A stretch of 64,000 nt of DNA. Origin: Gammaproteobacteria bacterium (GTDB lineage: Bacteria > Pseudomonadota > Gammaproteobacteria > SZUA-140). Shown in pieces: positions 37,730 through 47,082 of the stretch. The notes under the pieces were generated by a model. The model saw only the letters and a program-made list of their open reading frames with translations. It did not search any database and was not told where the DNA came from. Location: contig WFNO01000122.1 in NCBI GenBank assembly GCA_015488555.1, positions 12,300 to 76,299 of the forward strand, given 5' to 3'. How positions within the stretch are numbered: position 1 is the first letter of the stretch; each line of letters opens with the position of its first letter. The position numbers and the translations under genes are program-made.

Positions 37730-38566
37730 TCACTTGTTGTGGCAGGTCAGGCACACTGCACTACCACTGGGATCGATGCGAAGGAAAGTGGGATTGTAGT
37801 CCACGTGTGGATCGTGACAGGAGGCACATTCCACGTAGGGCTGCGGCTCACCGGCAAAAGCCCCTTTGGTCCCCACCCGGGTATAAAGTTTCATGTCAGT
37901 ACGCTCGAAGTCTGAGGTACTACCTTCTACCTGGGTGTTGACCCACCATATCCGGCGTGTGCCGACAATCTTGGTCTCGGCTGGATTGAAATCCTTGTCG
38001 CGGCCCGGTCCCTGGGGATTGGATTCGGAATAGCCCCCGCCTGCATACTGCACGCTGATGGGATGGTCATCGGTAAGATCCTTGCCCAGATTGGTGATCA
38101 CCGTCACTGGCCCGATGCGGCCGTTCACTGCGGCGGCCTGGCCACTCCACACGCCGCTGGAAAAGGCATAATTGTCTGCGCCAGAACCCGGTTCGTTGAT
38201 CATGGCATCCATGGCTTGGGTGCCATCGTGACAGGAGAGACAAGCGATGGACACCGAACCGATAGGCTCGATCTGGGCATCCAGGGTGGTACTCCCGCCC
38301 TGGTCGTAGGTCTGGAATCCCGTAGGATCCAGGTAGCGGTTCCATAGCGGCACCGCCGCCGAGGCATCTCCTCCATGGGGGGTATGGCAGAATACACAGA
38401 TCTCAGTGGTACCGCTGAAATTACTGGCGGCATTGACGCCCATGCTGCCGAGATTGTGTTTGGTGTTGGCAATCCCCGCTCGCACCTCCTGAGCAACCCC
38501 TGACAGCATGAGTGCCAAGATGAAGGCCAAGGCCGTCATCCACGTTGGCCTGGCGGCTGGCCGCAT
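37730..38566 (-). CDS. tetrahaem c-type cytochrome with doubled-CXXCH module (paralog of the N-terminus of the 11-haem protein)
   Basis: CVFCHTPHG, CLSCHDG, CASCHDPH and CLTCHNK. NTKHNLG...PLWN motif. Signal peptide MRPAARPTWMTALAFILALMLSGVAQEVRA. Confidence 0.8.
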   Translation of the reverse strand: MRPAARPTWMTALAFILALMLSGVAQEVRAGIANTKHNLGSMGVNAASNFSGTTEICVFCHTPHGGDASAAVPLWNRYLDPTGFQTYDQGGSTTLDAQIEPIGSVSIACLSCHDGTQAMDAMINEPGSGADNYAFSSGVWSGQAAAVNGRIGPVTVITNLGKDLTDDHPISVQYAGGGYSESNPQGPGRDKDFNPAETKIVGTRRIWWVNTQVEGSTSDFERTDMKLYTRVGTKGAFAGEPQPYVECASCHDPHVDYNPTFLRIDPSGSAVCLTCHNK

Positions 38567-38948
38567 CCATAGTGCTTCACCGACAAGTGAAAACGATCCG
38601 CACGACCACTGGGGCCAGAACCTTCCCGCTACCGCCGCGCTCCTCCCCATACTCACTCTGGAAACCCTCCCCGAATATCCAGTGTTGGGTGATGTCGTCC
38701 CGCACGGACAGGGCATCATTATACCCACATCAGGCTGCCGCATGAGCCATTGGTTGATCTCTCCCGACAACCCTACCGGCCGCCCATTCCCTGTCATCGT
38801 TGCAGTGAATCTAGTTATACACTCTACCACAAGCGCCGTAGCACGGAAAAACGCATCGCGCACAGGGATTTCCTTCAGCGTACCGCCAATACCATCGCAA
38901 CCATCGTGCTCCTCCTGCACGCGGGTGCTGCACGAGCGGTGCTGCGCG

Positions 38949-40103
38949 TCAGATGCCGCGCTCGAATCGGAAACGCAGGCCCAGAGACAACAGGCGCAGG
39001 TCTTCACCGGCGGCGGGCAGCAAGGGAGCGGGATCGTCGGCATCGGCCACCAGGCCGTAGGCCGCCCCTTTTTCGTTGCGCACCGCCACATAGCGGGCAT
39101 ACCAGGCCAGGCGGGGTGAGAGGGCATGATCGAAGCCCAGGGCGCCGAATACCGCGCCGCTGTCGGGCAGGCCGTCCAGGGCCTCCAGGTAGGCCCCGGC
39201 CAGGCGCCAGGTCACATTGCCCAGGACCTGATCGAGGGCCAGGTGATAGGCGCGGCGGCCCACCGTCCGGCCGCTCAGGCGGGCGCCGTTGGTGGCCTCT
39301 TCCAAGAACAGGTCCAGGCGTGTGCCCTGGCCGAAATCCCAGCCCAGGACCAGCTTGCGCGCGGCGGCATTGCGATGGTCCGCCGCGGCGAATACCGCCA
39401 GGTTGGATTCGTAGCGCTGGAGTCGCTCGTAGGCCAGGGCCAGATACAAAGGCCCCCGATCCAGGATCAAGGCGGCGCTCGAAGCCCGGCGATCCGGCCC
39501 GTAGGCAGGCGTGGCGGCCAGGAGCAGCTGGACACCCTTGAGACGCGGCGTCTCGTAGCTCACCAGATGCGGCAGGCGGTTACCGAAGACGGGCTCGCCG
39601 TTCAGATTGCCCATCACCGCGTGGATGTCCGCCCGGGTGTCGGCGAACCCATCCAGGCGGTCACCGGCGCGGCGATAGGGCGTGGCCTGGCGCCCCACCC
39701 GCAAGGTGCCCAGCCGATGGCGCAGGCCTGCATAGGCCTCGCGCCCGCTGCTCCAGCCGCCCTCATCCAGATCCAGGTAGACCTCGGCACGCCACAGCAG
39801 ATCCAGATGCTCGCGCACGCCTTCGCGCCCGCGAAAGCCCAGCCAGGACCGATTGCCGTTCACCGCCAGCGGCTCGTCCTCGTCGGGTCCGGGATAATCC
39901 CGGGTATTCAGGCCGTCCAGAGATACCAAGGCCTGGCCGTAGAGTGCCATTTCCGCAGCCCGGCCGGCCAGCGGCACGCTCAAGACACAGGCGGCCAGTA
40001 CCCATCCCAGCACCCATCCGAACAGCACCCGCCAGCCCATTCGGGGGCGTTCTCCGCCGGGCATGCGCGGGCGGAAACCGTACTCAACTCGACACCACTC
40101 CAT
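38949..40103 (-). CDS. outer-membrane porin-like beta-barrel protein
   Basis: AAGGAG RBS, signal peptide, alternating beta-pattern, ends LRFRFERGI. Family assignment (general porin versus phosphate-selective porin O/P) is uncertain. Confidence 0.55.
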   Translation of the reverse strand: MEWCRVEYGFRPRMPGGERPRMGWRVLFGWVLGWVLAACVLSVPLAGRAAEMALYGQALVSLDGLNTRDYPGPDEDEPLAVNGNRSWLGFRGREGVREHLDLLWRAEVYLDLDEGGWSSGREAYAGLRHRLGTLRVGRQATPYRRAGDRLDGFADTRADIHAVMGNLNGEPVFGNRLPHLVSYETPRLKGVQLLLAATPAYGPDRRASSAALILDRGPLYLALAYERLQRYESNLAVFAAADHRNAAARKLVLGWDFGQGTRLDLFLEEATNGARLSGRTVGRRAYHLALDQVLGNVTWRLAGAYLEALDGLPDSGAVFGALGFDHALSPRLAWYARYVAVRNEKGAAYGLVADADDPAPLLPAAGEDLRLLSLGLRFRFERGI

Positions 40104-40374
40104 CCAGCACTCCTTTTTTCACCTCGACCACCCCGTGGCCATCGTCCCTCGCCCTCCGGTCAATACCGTCTGGCACTCCAATCCCCCTGGCCGAGCGCCA
40201 GGTGGAAGACGAATTCATCGGGAGGACGGATTCTAGAAGCCCGCAATGTACCTTGAGTGCGCGCGCAAGGCAAAACGCATAAAAAAGCCGGGCCCGAAGG
40301 CCCGGCATATGTTCAGGGCTGGATACCCGAGGTCTCTGGAATAAAACCCGGAATCAAAACCCGGGAATCGGGCC

Positions 40375-41334
40375 TCAGGGCAGCTCGGTGATGAACTGCG
40401 CCAGGAACTGCGTGCCATCCAGGCCGCCACCACCATCGGCATCACGATCCTTGTACTCCAGAGCGATTTGCAGATTGCTGCCGGCCTGCCAGGCGCCATA
40501 CAAGGTGATCGTGCTGGGCTCCACACCGCCATCGTAGGACTCGGCCTCGTAACGGCCGCGCACGACCACACCGTTGCCGAAATCATAGCCACCCCAGATG
40601 TTCCAGACGGCATCCACGATCTCGGCCGCCGCCAGGTAGTCGAAGCCCACTTCACCGCCACCGCCGAGGTTGGTCCAGGTACCGTTGATGTCCCAGACGT
40701 TGCCGGCACCCCCTAAAAGCGGATTGTCGTTGTCCTGGGTCACGTAACCAAACTCCAGATCCAGGTCCTGCATGGGCGTGACGTTGAGCACCACGGCCAG
40801 GGAGTTCTCCTCGGCCACACCGCCGATGTCGTTCAGGTAGGCCACGGTGCCGGTGACCATACCGGAACTGCCGGACAGCGCCACACCCGCCAGGTTGTTG
40901 CCATAGAGCGCGGTCTGATCATCGAGGATCTCGAATACCATGGAATGGGTGATGAAGCGGATCTCGTTGACGTCCTCTTCCTCGGCGCTCATGGGGTTGT
41001 TGAACACGCCGCCGATGAGGCTGAGCTGTTCCGTGAGCCCCCAGGAGAAGAAGGCCTGCTCAATACGGGCCGAATCACCACCCAGGGCATCATTGACACC
41101 GTCCAAGGCCAGATTCACATCCAGGTCGAGACGCGCCGTCACGCCATCGGCGGGGCTGGCGATGAAGTCCACTTCCCCGTTGGCCGAGAAGGACTTTTCG
41201 CTTGTAGGGGCCTCGTCGTCGGTCACGGTGTAGAGAATCTCGGCGAAGCCGTCCACCTTCACATCGTCCGCCTGCGCAGCCAGGGGCGCGGCAAAGGCGC
41301 CGGCGACGGCCAGTGCGATCAGTCTTTTTTTCAT
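40375..41334 (-). CDS. acidic Asp/Gly-rich outer-membrane porin-like protein
   Basis: GGGAGAG RBS. Signal peptide MKKRLIALAVAGAFAAPLAAQA. Amphipathic strands and numerous D/G-rich loops. Confidence 0.55.
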   Translation of the reverse strand: MKKRLIALAVAGAFAAPLAAQADDVKVDGFAEILYTVTDDEAPTSEKSFSANGEVDFIASPADGVTARLDLDVNLALDGVNDALGGDSARIEQAFFSWGLTEQLSLIGGVFNNPMSAEEEDVNEIRFITHSMVFEILDDQTALYGNNLAGVALSGSSGMVTGTVAYLNDIGGVAEENSLAVVLNVTPMQDLDLEFGYVTQDNDNPLLGGAGNVWDINGTWTNLGGGGEVGFDYLAAAEIVDAVWNIWGGYDFGNGVVVRGRYEAESYDGGVEPSTITLYGAWQAGSNLQIALEYKDRDADGGGGLDGTQFLAQFITELP

Positions 41335-41457
41335 CGTTTTCACTCTCCCTTTGTTGTGGTGTTGGTTAACGTTAAGCAACAGCGCGTTTATAGCCCAGCC
41401 ATGGCAGATTTGCAACATTTTTTTCGAGACAAACCAGGATTTTGTGACTTGTGTATC

Positions 41458-41483
41458 ATTTGCGCAACAGTTGGCGTGCGCAA
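41458..41483. promoter_or_regulatory. palindromic candidate operator TTTGCGCA-N10-TGCGCAAA upstream of the porin gene
   Basis: Perfect 8-bp inverted half-sites about 125-150 bp upstream of the 41334 start. Confidence 0.25.
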
Positions 41484-41634
41484 AGGAGCGGCGCTGCGCC
41501 CACCGAAGGCGCAAAATCGAGCTGTTCGATGAATTGAGACAGAAAGGTGCGACCTGCAGCCGCAGGAATCCATGCAGAATTCAAAGGAACAGGGAAGTCT
41601 GCCTGTGAAACGGCCGAAGAGAGTGCTGGAAAAA

Positions 41635-41708
41635 TGGCTGGGGAACCAGGATTCGAACCTGGATTAACGGAGTCAGAGTCCGCTGTCCTGCCGTTAGACG
41701 ATTCCCCA
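41635..41708 (-). tRNA. tRNA-Gln (anticodon CUG)
   Basis: Reverse complement reads TGGGGAATCGTCTAACGGCAGGACAGCGGACTCTGACTCCGTTAATCCAGGTTCGAATCCTGGTTCCCCAGCCA. The acceptor stem pairs over 7 bp. Anticodon loop CTCTGAC with CTG at positions 34-36. T-loop GGTTCGAATCC. CCA is encoded. Confidence 0.85.
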
Positions 41709-41710
41709 AT

Positions 41711-41745
41711 CAGATATCAGATGTCAGATATCAGACATCAGATGT
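41711..41745. repeat. 5 tandem copies of heptamer CAGAYRT (cagatat cagatgt cagatat cagacat cagatgt) abutting the tRNA-Gln 5' end
   Basis: Read directly from the sequence. Confidence 0.7.
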
Positions 41746-41873
41746 TGTGAAAAGATACCGGATGGTGGGGCGGAATGACAAGTATCGGCCGCTCCATGAG
41801 GGGCGTGGGCCGGGGTGCGAGGAGGGGACGTAAAGCGAGACAACGCTCCGCTCACCCCTCGCTTTAACAGGCT

Positions 41874-42263
41874 TTAACGCTTCGAGTACTGCGGCCGCTT
41901 GCGGGCCTTGTGCAGGCCAACCTTCTTGCGCTCCACCTCGCGGGCGTCCCGGGTCAGGAAGCCGGCACGGCGCAGGGGCTGGCGCAGGCTCTCGTCGTAG
42001 GCCAGCAGGGCACGGGCGATGCCATGGCGGATGGCGCCGGCCTGCCCGCTGCTGCCGCCGCCGCGCACAGTGATGGTGAGATCCACGCGCTCTGCCATCT
42101 GTGCCGTCTCCAGGGGCTGGCGTACGATCATGCGCGCCGTCTCGCGGCCGAAATAGTCGTCCAATGGGCGGTTGTTGACCAGGATCCTGCCGCTGCCCGG
42201 CTTGAGGAAGACCCGTGCCGTGGCGCTCTTGCGGCGTCCCGTTGCCAAGATCTGGTTCGTCAT
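41874..42263 (-). CDS. rpsI: 30S ribosomal protein S9
   Basis: [16 protein letters not shown]...C-terminal [11 protein letters not shown]; internal ATG at 42263. Confidence 0.95.
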   Translation of the reverse strand: MTNQILATGRRKSATARVFLKPGSGRILVNNRPLDDYFGRETARMIVRQPLETAQMAERVDLTITVRGGGSSGQAGAIRHGIARALLAYDESLRQPLRRAGFLTRDAREVERKKVGLHKARKRPQYSKR

Positions 42264-42289
42264 GACTGTACTCGCTCCGAATTCGAGAC

Positions 42290-42718
42290 TCAAAGATCCA
42301 GCGGCTTGGGCTGCTGGGCCGCGTGGGCGTGTTCCGGACCGGCGTAGACCCGCAATTTGCGGAACATGGCCCTGCCCAGGGGATTCTTGGGCAGCATGCC
42401 CTTTACCGCCAGTTCGATGACCCGCTCGGGTTTGCTGGCCAGCAGCTTTTCGAAGGTGATGGACTTGAGATTGCCGATGTAGCCCGTGTGCCGGTAATAG
42501 ATCTTGTCGGTGGCCTTGCGCCCCGTCACCCGCACCTTGGCGGCATTGATCACCACGATGTAGTCACCGGTGTCCACGTGCGGGGTGTACTCCGGCTTGT
42601 GCTTGCCGCGCAAGCGGCGGGCGATCTCGCTGGCCAGCCGGCCCAGGGTCTTGCCGCTGGCATCCACCAGGTACCACTCGCGTTTCACTTCATGCGGTTT
42701 GGCGCTGAACGTCTTCAT
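42290..42718 (-). CDS. rplM: 50S ribosomal protein L13
   Basis: [33 protein letters not shown]..., 142 aa. Confidence 0.95.
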   Translation of the reverse strand: MKTFSAKPHEVKREWYLVDASGKTLGRLASEIARRLRGKHKPEYTPHVDTGDYIVVINAAKVRVTGRKATDKIYYRHTGYIGNLKSITFEKLLASKPERVIELAVKGMLPKNPLGRAMFRKLRVYAGPEHAHAAQQPKPLDL

Positions 42719-42722
42719 TTGC

Positions 42723-42760
42723 TTTTCATCAGGGGGTTTTTATCAGGGGCTTTTCATCAG
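42723..42760. repeat. three tandem ~14-nt repeats (TTTTCATCAGGGGG / TTTTTATCAGGGGC / TTTTCATCAG) in the rplM 5' leader
   Basis: Read directly; lies immediately 5' of the rplM ATG on the coding strand. Confidence 0.6.
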
Positions 42761-42928
42761 ACTGCTGTCGTCACGCTCCACGGCAGTGCCAGTGGTGCCT
42801 GCCGGATCAAAGAGCGGAAATTCTACAGAATTCCCCCACCCGATACAAGCGGGCCCGCGAACCATACCTGCAAGACCCGGGCTGCCTGCCGGGCGCGCGC
42901 TGCCCGCGCTCGAAATCGAATGCGCCGC

Positions 42929-43234
42929 TCAAATCTTCAGGCGTTCCACCACCTCGCCTTCCATCAGGTGGCGCTCGACGATCTCGTCCACGTCCGACCG
43001 ATCCCGGTAGCTGTACCACACGCCTTCCGGATAGACTACCAGCACCGGCCCCTCGGCACAGCGGTTCATGCAGCCGGCGCTGTTGATGCGCACTCCGCCG
43101 GGCCGTGCCAGGCCCAAGGCCTTGACCCGATCCTTGGCGTGGGCGCGCATGTCCGCCGCGCCATGGTCCTGGCAACAGGGACGGCCGTCTTCCCGCTGAT
43201 TGGTGCAGAAAAACACGTGATGGCGGTAAAACAT
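42929..43234 (-). CDS. thioredoxin-like (2Fe-2S) ferredoxin domain protein
   Basis: HHVFFCTNQR...CC...AGCMNRCAEGPVLVVYPEGVWY, a four-Cys pattern of the 2Fe-2S thioredoxin-like ferredoxin fold. Confidence 0.7.
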   Translation of the reverse strand: MFYRHHVFFCTNQREDGRPCCQDHGAADMRAHAKDRVKALGLARPGGVRINSAGCMNRCAEGPVLVVYPEGVWYSYRDRSDVDEIVERHLMEGEVVERLKI

Positions 43235-43423
43235 GGCGCAAAGATACAAGAGCACGTGCTGAAAGGCCAGCCCTCCGGCTAGCAGGCTAGGGAGCCAACG
43301 CCTGCCCACTGTCTTTCACCCACGGAGTGCGGGCAAACCCCGCTGCGCGGATCTGCCAGAGCACGACAATCCCCGGCTTTGCGACCAGGAACCACACAAC
43401 CTCAGGAGAATCCGGATACTGGA

Positions 43424-44665
43424 ATGCTCACGAAGTTGATCGAGACCGAGGCCGATCACTGCGTCAAATGCGGCCTGTGCCTGCCCCACTGCCCCACCTA
43501 CGGCAAGACCCGGAACGAGGCCGATTCGCCGCGCGGGCGCATCGCCCTCCTGCAGGGGCTGACCCGCGGCCGGCTGCAGGATTCACCCGTCCTGCGCCGC
43601 CACCTGGAAGGATGCCTGCACTGCCGGGCCTGCGAACGGGTCTGTCCTTCCCGCGTCCGCTACGGGCTCCTGTTGGACGCCGGGCGGGCCGTGCTGGCCC
43701 GGCAGGAAGGTTCGGTCCCCGCTCCGCGCCCCTGGGACCCGATATGGGACCGAATCCCGCTCGCCCCGCGCCGCACGGCGGCCCTGCTGCGCCTGCTCCG
43801 CTACAGCGGCCTGCTGGCCCTGGCCCGGGGACTGGGGTTGCCCCGGCGCCTCGGCCTGGCGCGTGCATTCCGTTATCTCCCCGCCGTGCCGCGGCGCCGG
43901 CTCTGGCGCCGCCACTACCCGGCCCGGGGTCCGGAGCGTGGCACGGTGGCGTTGTTCACTGGTTGCGCCGGCTGGGTCTTCGAACAAGATGCACTGGCGG
44001 CGGCGATGAAACTGCTCAATGCCTGCGGCTATGTGGTACTGATCCCCCCGGCACAGGCATGTTGCGGGGCGCTGCACCTGCACCGCGGCGACCTGCCGCA
44101 GGCCCTGGCCCTGGCCCGCCGCAATGCGGCCTGTTTCAATGCCCTGGATGCAGACGCAGTGGTCCATCTCGCCACCGGTTGTGGCGCCACGCTGTCAGAA
44201 TACGGTCAACTGCAGCGCCTGGAATCCGGCCCCGGCGCAGCATTGCGGCTCCCGGTGGTGGAGATCTGCCGCTTCCTGGCCGCACAGGAATGGCCGGAGG
44301 CGGCCTTCTCGCCGCTGCCGGCGGAGGTGTGGATCCACGAACCCTGCAGCCAGCGCTACGTGCTGCGGGACCCGGAGGCACCCCGCGAGCTGCTCGCCCG
44401 CATCCCCCAGGTGGCGCTGCGGGAACTGCCCGACAACCACCTGTGCTGTGGCGGCGCGGGGGAATATCCCTTGCGCCAGCCCGAACTGGCGGATGCCTTG
44501 CTGGCGGACAAGACGGCGATCCTGCGGCGGCATCGCCCGCGCTGGCTGGTGACCAGCAACAGCGGCTGCCGGCTGCAACTGCAACGGGGAATTCGCGAGG
44601 CGCAACTGCCCACCCGCGTCCTGCACCCGGTAGAGCTGCTGGTGCGCCAGCTGACCGCCCGCTGA
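43424..44665 (+). CDS. GlcF-like (Fe-S) cluster-binding oxidoreductase subunit (two 4Fe-4S motifs plus CCG-type Cys-rich domains)
   Basis: CVKCGLCLPHCP and CLHCRACERVCP ferredoxin motifs, and a cysteine-rich C-terminal half. Confidence 0.7.
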   Translation: MLTKLIETEADHCVKCGLCLPHCPTYGKTRNEADSPRGRIALLQGLTRGRLQDSPVLRRHLEGCLHCRACERVCPSRVRYGLLLDAGRAVLARQEGSVPAPRPWDPIWDRIPLAPRRTAALLRLLRYSGLLALARGLGLPRRLGLARAFRYLPAVPRRRLWRRHYPARGPERGTVALFTGCAGWVFEQDALAAAMKLLNACGYVVLIPPAQACCGALHLHRGDLPQALALARRNAACFNALDADAVVHLATGCGATLSEYGQLQRLESGPGAALRLPVVEICRFLAAQEWPEAAFSPLPAEVWIHEPCSQRYVLRDPEAPRELLARIPQVALRELPDNHLCCGGAGEYPLRQPELADALLADKTAILRRHRPRWLVTSNSGCRLQLQRGIREAQLPTRVLHPVELLVRQLTAR

Positions 44666-44687
44666 GCGCTGAGCGCCGGGCGGCGAC

Positions 44688-45356
44688 TCAGATCCAGTAG
44701 GCAGTACGGGTCATGACCCGCGAGGTGATGTGCATGAGGATCTTGACCGGCCCCGGCAGGGGGGCGCCGCCGGCGTTCAAGGCCGTGGTGGCGTGATGGG
44801 CCTCGTCCACTTTCATCTGCTCCAGGATGGCCCGGCTCTTGTGGTCCTGCGCCGGCAGGCGCGCGAGATGATCCTCCAGATGGCGTACCACTTGGTGCTC
44901 GGTCTCGACGATGAAGCCCAGACTCCATTTGTCACCGATGGCCCCCGCCAGCGCGCCGATGGCCAGGGAACCCGCATACCAGAAGGGATTGAGCAGGCTC
45001 ACGCGGCTGTCCAGTTCGCGCAGGCGCCGCTCGCACCACACCAGATGGTCGTTCTCCTCCAGAGCCGCGCGTTCCATCTTGTCGCGCACCTCGGGCAGGC
45101 GGGCGGTGAGGGCCTGGCCCTGGTACAAGGCCTGGGCGGAGACCTCGCCGGCGTGATTGACACGCATCAGCCCCGCCACGTGGCGCCGCTCGGCAGGGCT
45201 GAGTTCCGGCTCCTCCAGCCCGGCGGCCGGATCGGCGCGTTCCGAGACCGGTGGCCGGCCGAACACGGTGTGCAGGGCATTGTCCGCGGTCATCACCAGC
45301 CGATCGAGGAAGTCGTACGACCGGGACGGCTGTGCCGCCTGTTCGGCGCCTGCCAC
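44688..45356 (-). CDS. coq7: demethoxyubiquinone hydroxylase Coq7 (di-iron)
   Basis: RVNHAGEVSAQALYQGQ... and EENDHLVWCERRL...VETEHQVVRHLEDHL di-iron E..H motifs. Confidence 0.85.
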   Translation of the reverse strand: MAGAEQAAQPSRSYDFLDRLVMTADNALHTVFGRPPVSERADPAAGLEEPELSPAERRHVAGLMRVNHAGEVSAQALYQGQALTARLPEVRDKMERAALEENDHLVWCERRLRELDSRVSLLNPFWYAGSLAIGALAGAIGDKWSLGFIVETEHQVVRHLEDHLARLPAQDHKSRAILEQMKVDEAHHATTALNAGGAPLPGPVKILMHITSRVMTRTAYWI

Positions 45357-45360
45357 GGTC

Positions 45361-46182
45361 TCACACCTTGCGCATGTTGCGGCCGTAGAAGATCTCGGCC
45401 ATCTCCCGTTGCAATTGCCGGGTCACTTCCTTGCGCTCCTTGTCGCTGAGATCCGCCTTGCCCATGCCGAACAAGTAATCATCCAGATCGAAGCTCTTGA
45501 GCAGCATCTTGGTGTGAAAGATGTTCTCCTGATAGATGTTCACATCGATCATCTGGTAACGCTCTTTGGTGTCCCGCGACAAGAAATTCTGAATGGAATT
45601 GATCTTATGGTCGATGAAGTGTTTCTTGCCGCGAACGTCACGGGTGAAGCCGCGCACGCGGTAATCCATGATCACGATATCCGATTCGAAGCTGTGGATC
45701 AGGTAGTTCAAAGCGCGCAGGGGCGACACTCGCCCGCAGGTGGAGACATCGATGTCCACCCGGAAGGTGCTGATGCCGTTGTCCGGATGGCTCTCCGGAT
45801 AGGTGTGTACCGTGAGATGGCTCTTGTCCAGATGGGCCACCACAGCATCGGGCAGGGGACCAGGAGCCTCAGCATTGTGAATCTCCTCCGCGATCAGGGG
45901 CTCCTCGGAGATCATCATGGTAACACTGGCCCCCTGCGGATCATAGTCCTGGTGGGCCACATTGAGGATGGTGGCGCCGATAATGTCGGCCACGTCGGTG
46001 AGAATCTGCTTGAGGCGCTCGGCGTTGTAGGCCTCGTCGATGTACTCGATGTACTCGCGCCGGTGCTCGGCCGTCTTGGCGTAACAGATGTCGTAGATAT
46101 TGAAGCTCAGCGTCTTGGTCAGATTATTGAACCCGTGCAGCTTGAGCTTACGCTGTTTCAATATCCCCCGGGACTGTCTCAT
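45361..46182 (-). CDS. speD: S-adenosylmethionine decarboxylase proenzyme (E. coli type)
   Basis: [26 protein letters not shown] and [18 protein letters not shown] closely match enterobacterial SpeD. GGGGAGA RBS at internal ATG 46182. Confidence 0.88.
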   Translation of the reverse strand: MRQSRGILKQRKLKLHGFNNLTKTLSFNIYDICYAKTAEHRREYIEYIDEAYNAERLKQILTDVADIIGATILNVAHQDYDPQGASVTMMISEEPLIAEEIHNAEAPGPLPDAVVAHLDKSHLTVHTYPESHPDNGISTFRVDIDVSTCGRVSPLRALNYLIHSFESDIVIMDYRVRGFTRDVRGKKHFIDHKINSIQNFLSRDTKERYQMIDVNIYQENIFHTKMLLKSFDLDDYLFGMGKADLSDKERKEVTRQLQREMAEIFYGRNMRKV

Positions 46183-46243
46183 CGTTCGCTCGATCTCCCC
46201 CTGCACGGCACGAATGTCTACCTGGTACGATCCTCGTCCGATC

Positions 46244-46666
46244 TCAACCCGCACACTTGTGCGCAATTGGTTCATGATAAATCATTTGCACCGTGTTGCC
46301 AGCGGGATCCTGGCAATAGAAACTGCGGGCCCCATCGCGGTGGGTGCGCGGTGCGGCCTTCACGGGTACCCCGTGCGCCACCAGAAAATCGTGCCAAGCA
46401 TCCACCTCCTCGGGCGTCCGCAGGATAAAACCGATGTGATCCAGGCGCTGCCCGGCCGCCGCCGGCGGCGCTTCGGTCCGGTGCAGGGCCAGATTGTCAC
46501 AACCGGAAGTGAGATAGACGTTATCGGGATCCGGGCGCCATTCCACGCGCATGCCCAGCAATTCCACGTAGAAGCGCTCGCAGGCCTCCAGATCGCCCAC
46601 GTAGAGAGCCACGTGCCGGAGACCCGCTACCGGCGGGGGGGAAGCACGCCTGTCCTTTTCGATCAT
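46244..46666 (-). CDS. VOC/glyoxalase-family protein
   Basis: [24 protein letters not shown]...HIGFIL...[14 protein letters not shown]. Confidence 0.75.
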   Translation of the reverse strand: MIEKDRRASPPPVAGLRHVALYVGDLEACERFYVELLGMRVEWRPDPDNVYLTSGCDNLALHRTEAPPAAAGQRLDHIGFILRTPEEVDAWHDFLVAHGVPVKAAPRTHRDGARSFYCQDPAGNTVQMIYHEPIAHKCAG

Positions 46667-47082
46667 GTCTCCTCCCGGATCTCGAAATCGTGGTGAATCT
46701 CCACCGCCCGACCCAGCATGATGGAAGCCGAACAATATTTCTCGGCGCTGAGAGACACCGCCCGCGCCACCGCCGTCTCACTCAACCCCCGGCCCATGAC
46801 GACGAAATGCACGTGGATGTGCGTGAAAACCTTGGGCACAGTCTCGGCCCGCTGCGCCGTCAGCTCTACCACGCAATCGCGCACGGGTTGCCGCCCCTTG
46901 CGCAGGATCTGCACCACGTCGTAGGCTGTACAGCCGCCCAGCCCCAGCAACAGGAGTTCCATGGGACGCATGCCCAGGTTGCGCCCGCCCCCTTCCGGCG
47001 GGCCGTCGATCACCACTGCATGACCGCTGCCACTCTCACCCAGGAAGAGGGCCTGTTCCACCCATTTGACGCGTGCCTTCAT
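46663..47082 (-). CDS. OsmC/Ohr-family peroxiredoxin-like protein
   Basis: LGLGGCTAYDV...EKYCSASIML, the two conserved Cys regions. Confidence 0.8.
   Translation of the reverse strand: MKARVKWVEQALFLGESGSGHAVVIDGPPEGGGRNLGMRPMELLLLGLGGCTAYDVVQILRKGRQPVRDCVVELTAQRAETVPKVFTHIHVHFVVMGRGLSETAVARAVSLSAEKYCSASIMLGRAVEIHHDFEIREET

Noticed and set aside
41390-41410. Sigma-54-like TGGCAG...TTGCA motif upstream of the porin gene.
   Set aside because: GG-to-GC spacing is 3 nt too short, and it is on the wrong strand for the porin gene.
41760-41873. Hairpin AAAGCGAG-N18-CTCGCTTT downstream of rpsI as a rho-independent terminator.
   Set aside because: No U-tract follows, so I cannot call it an intrinsic terminator.
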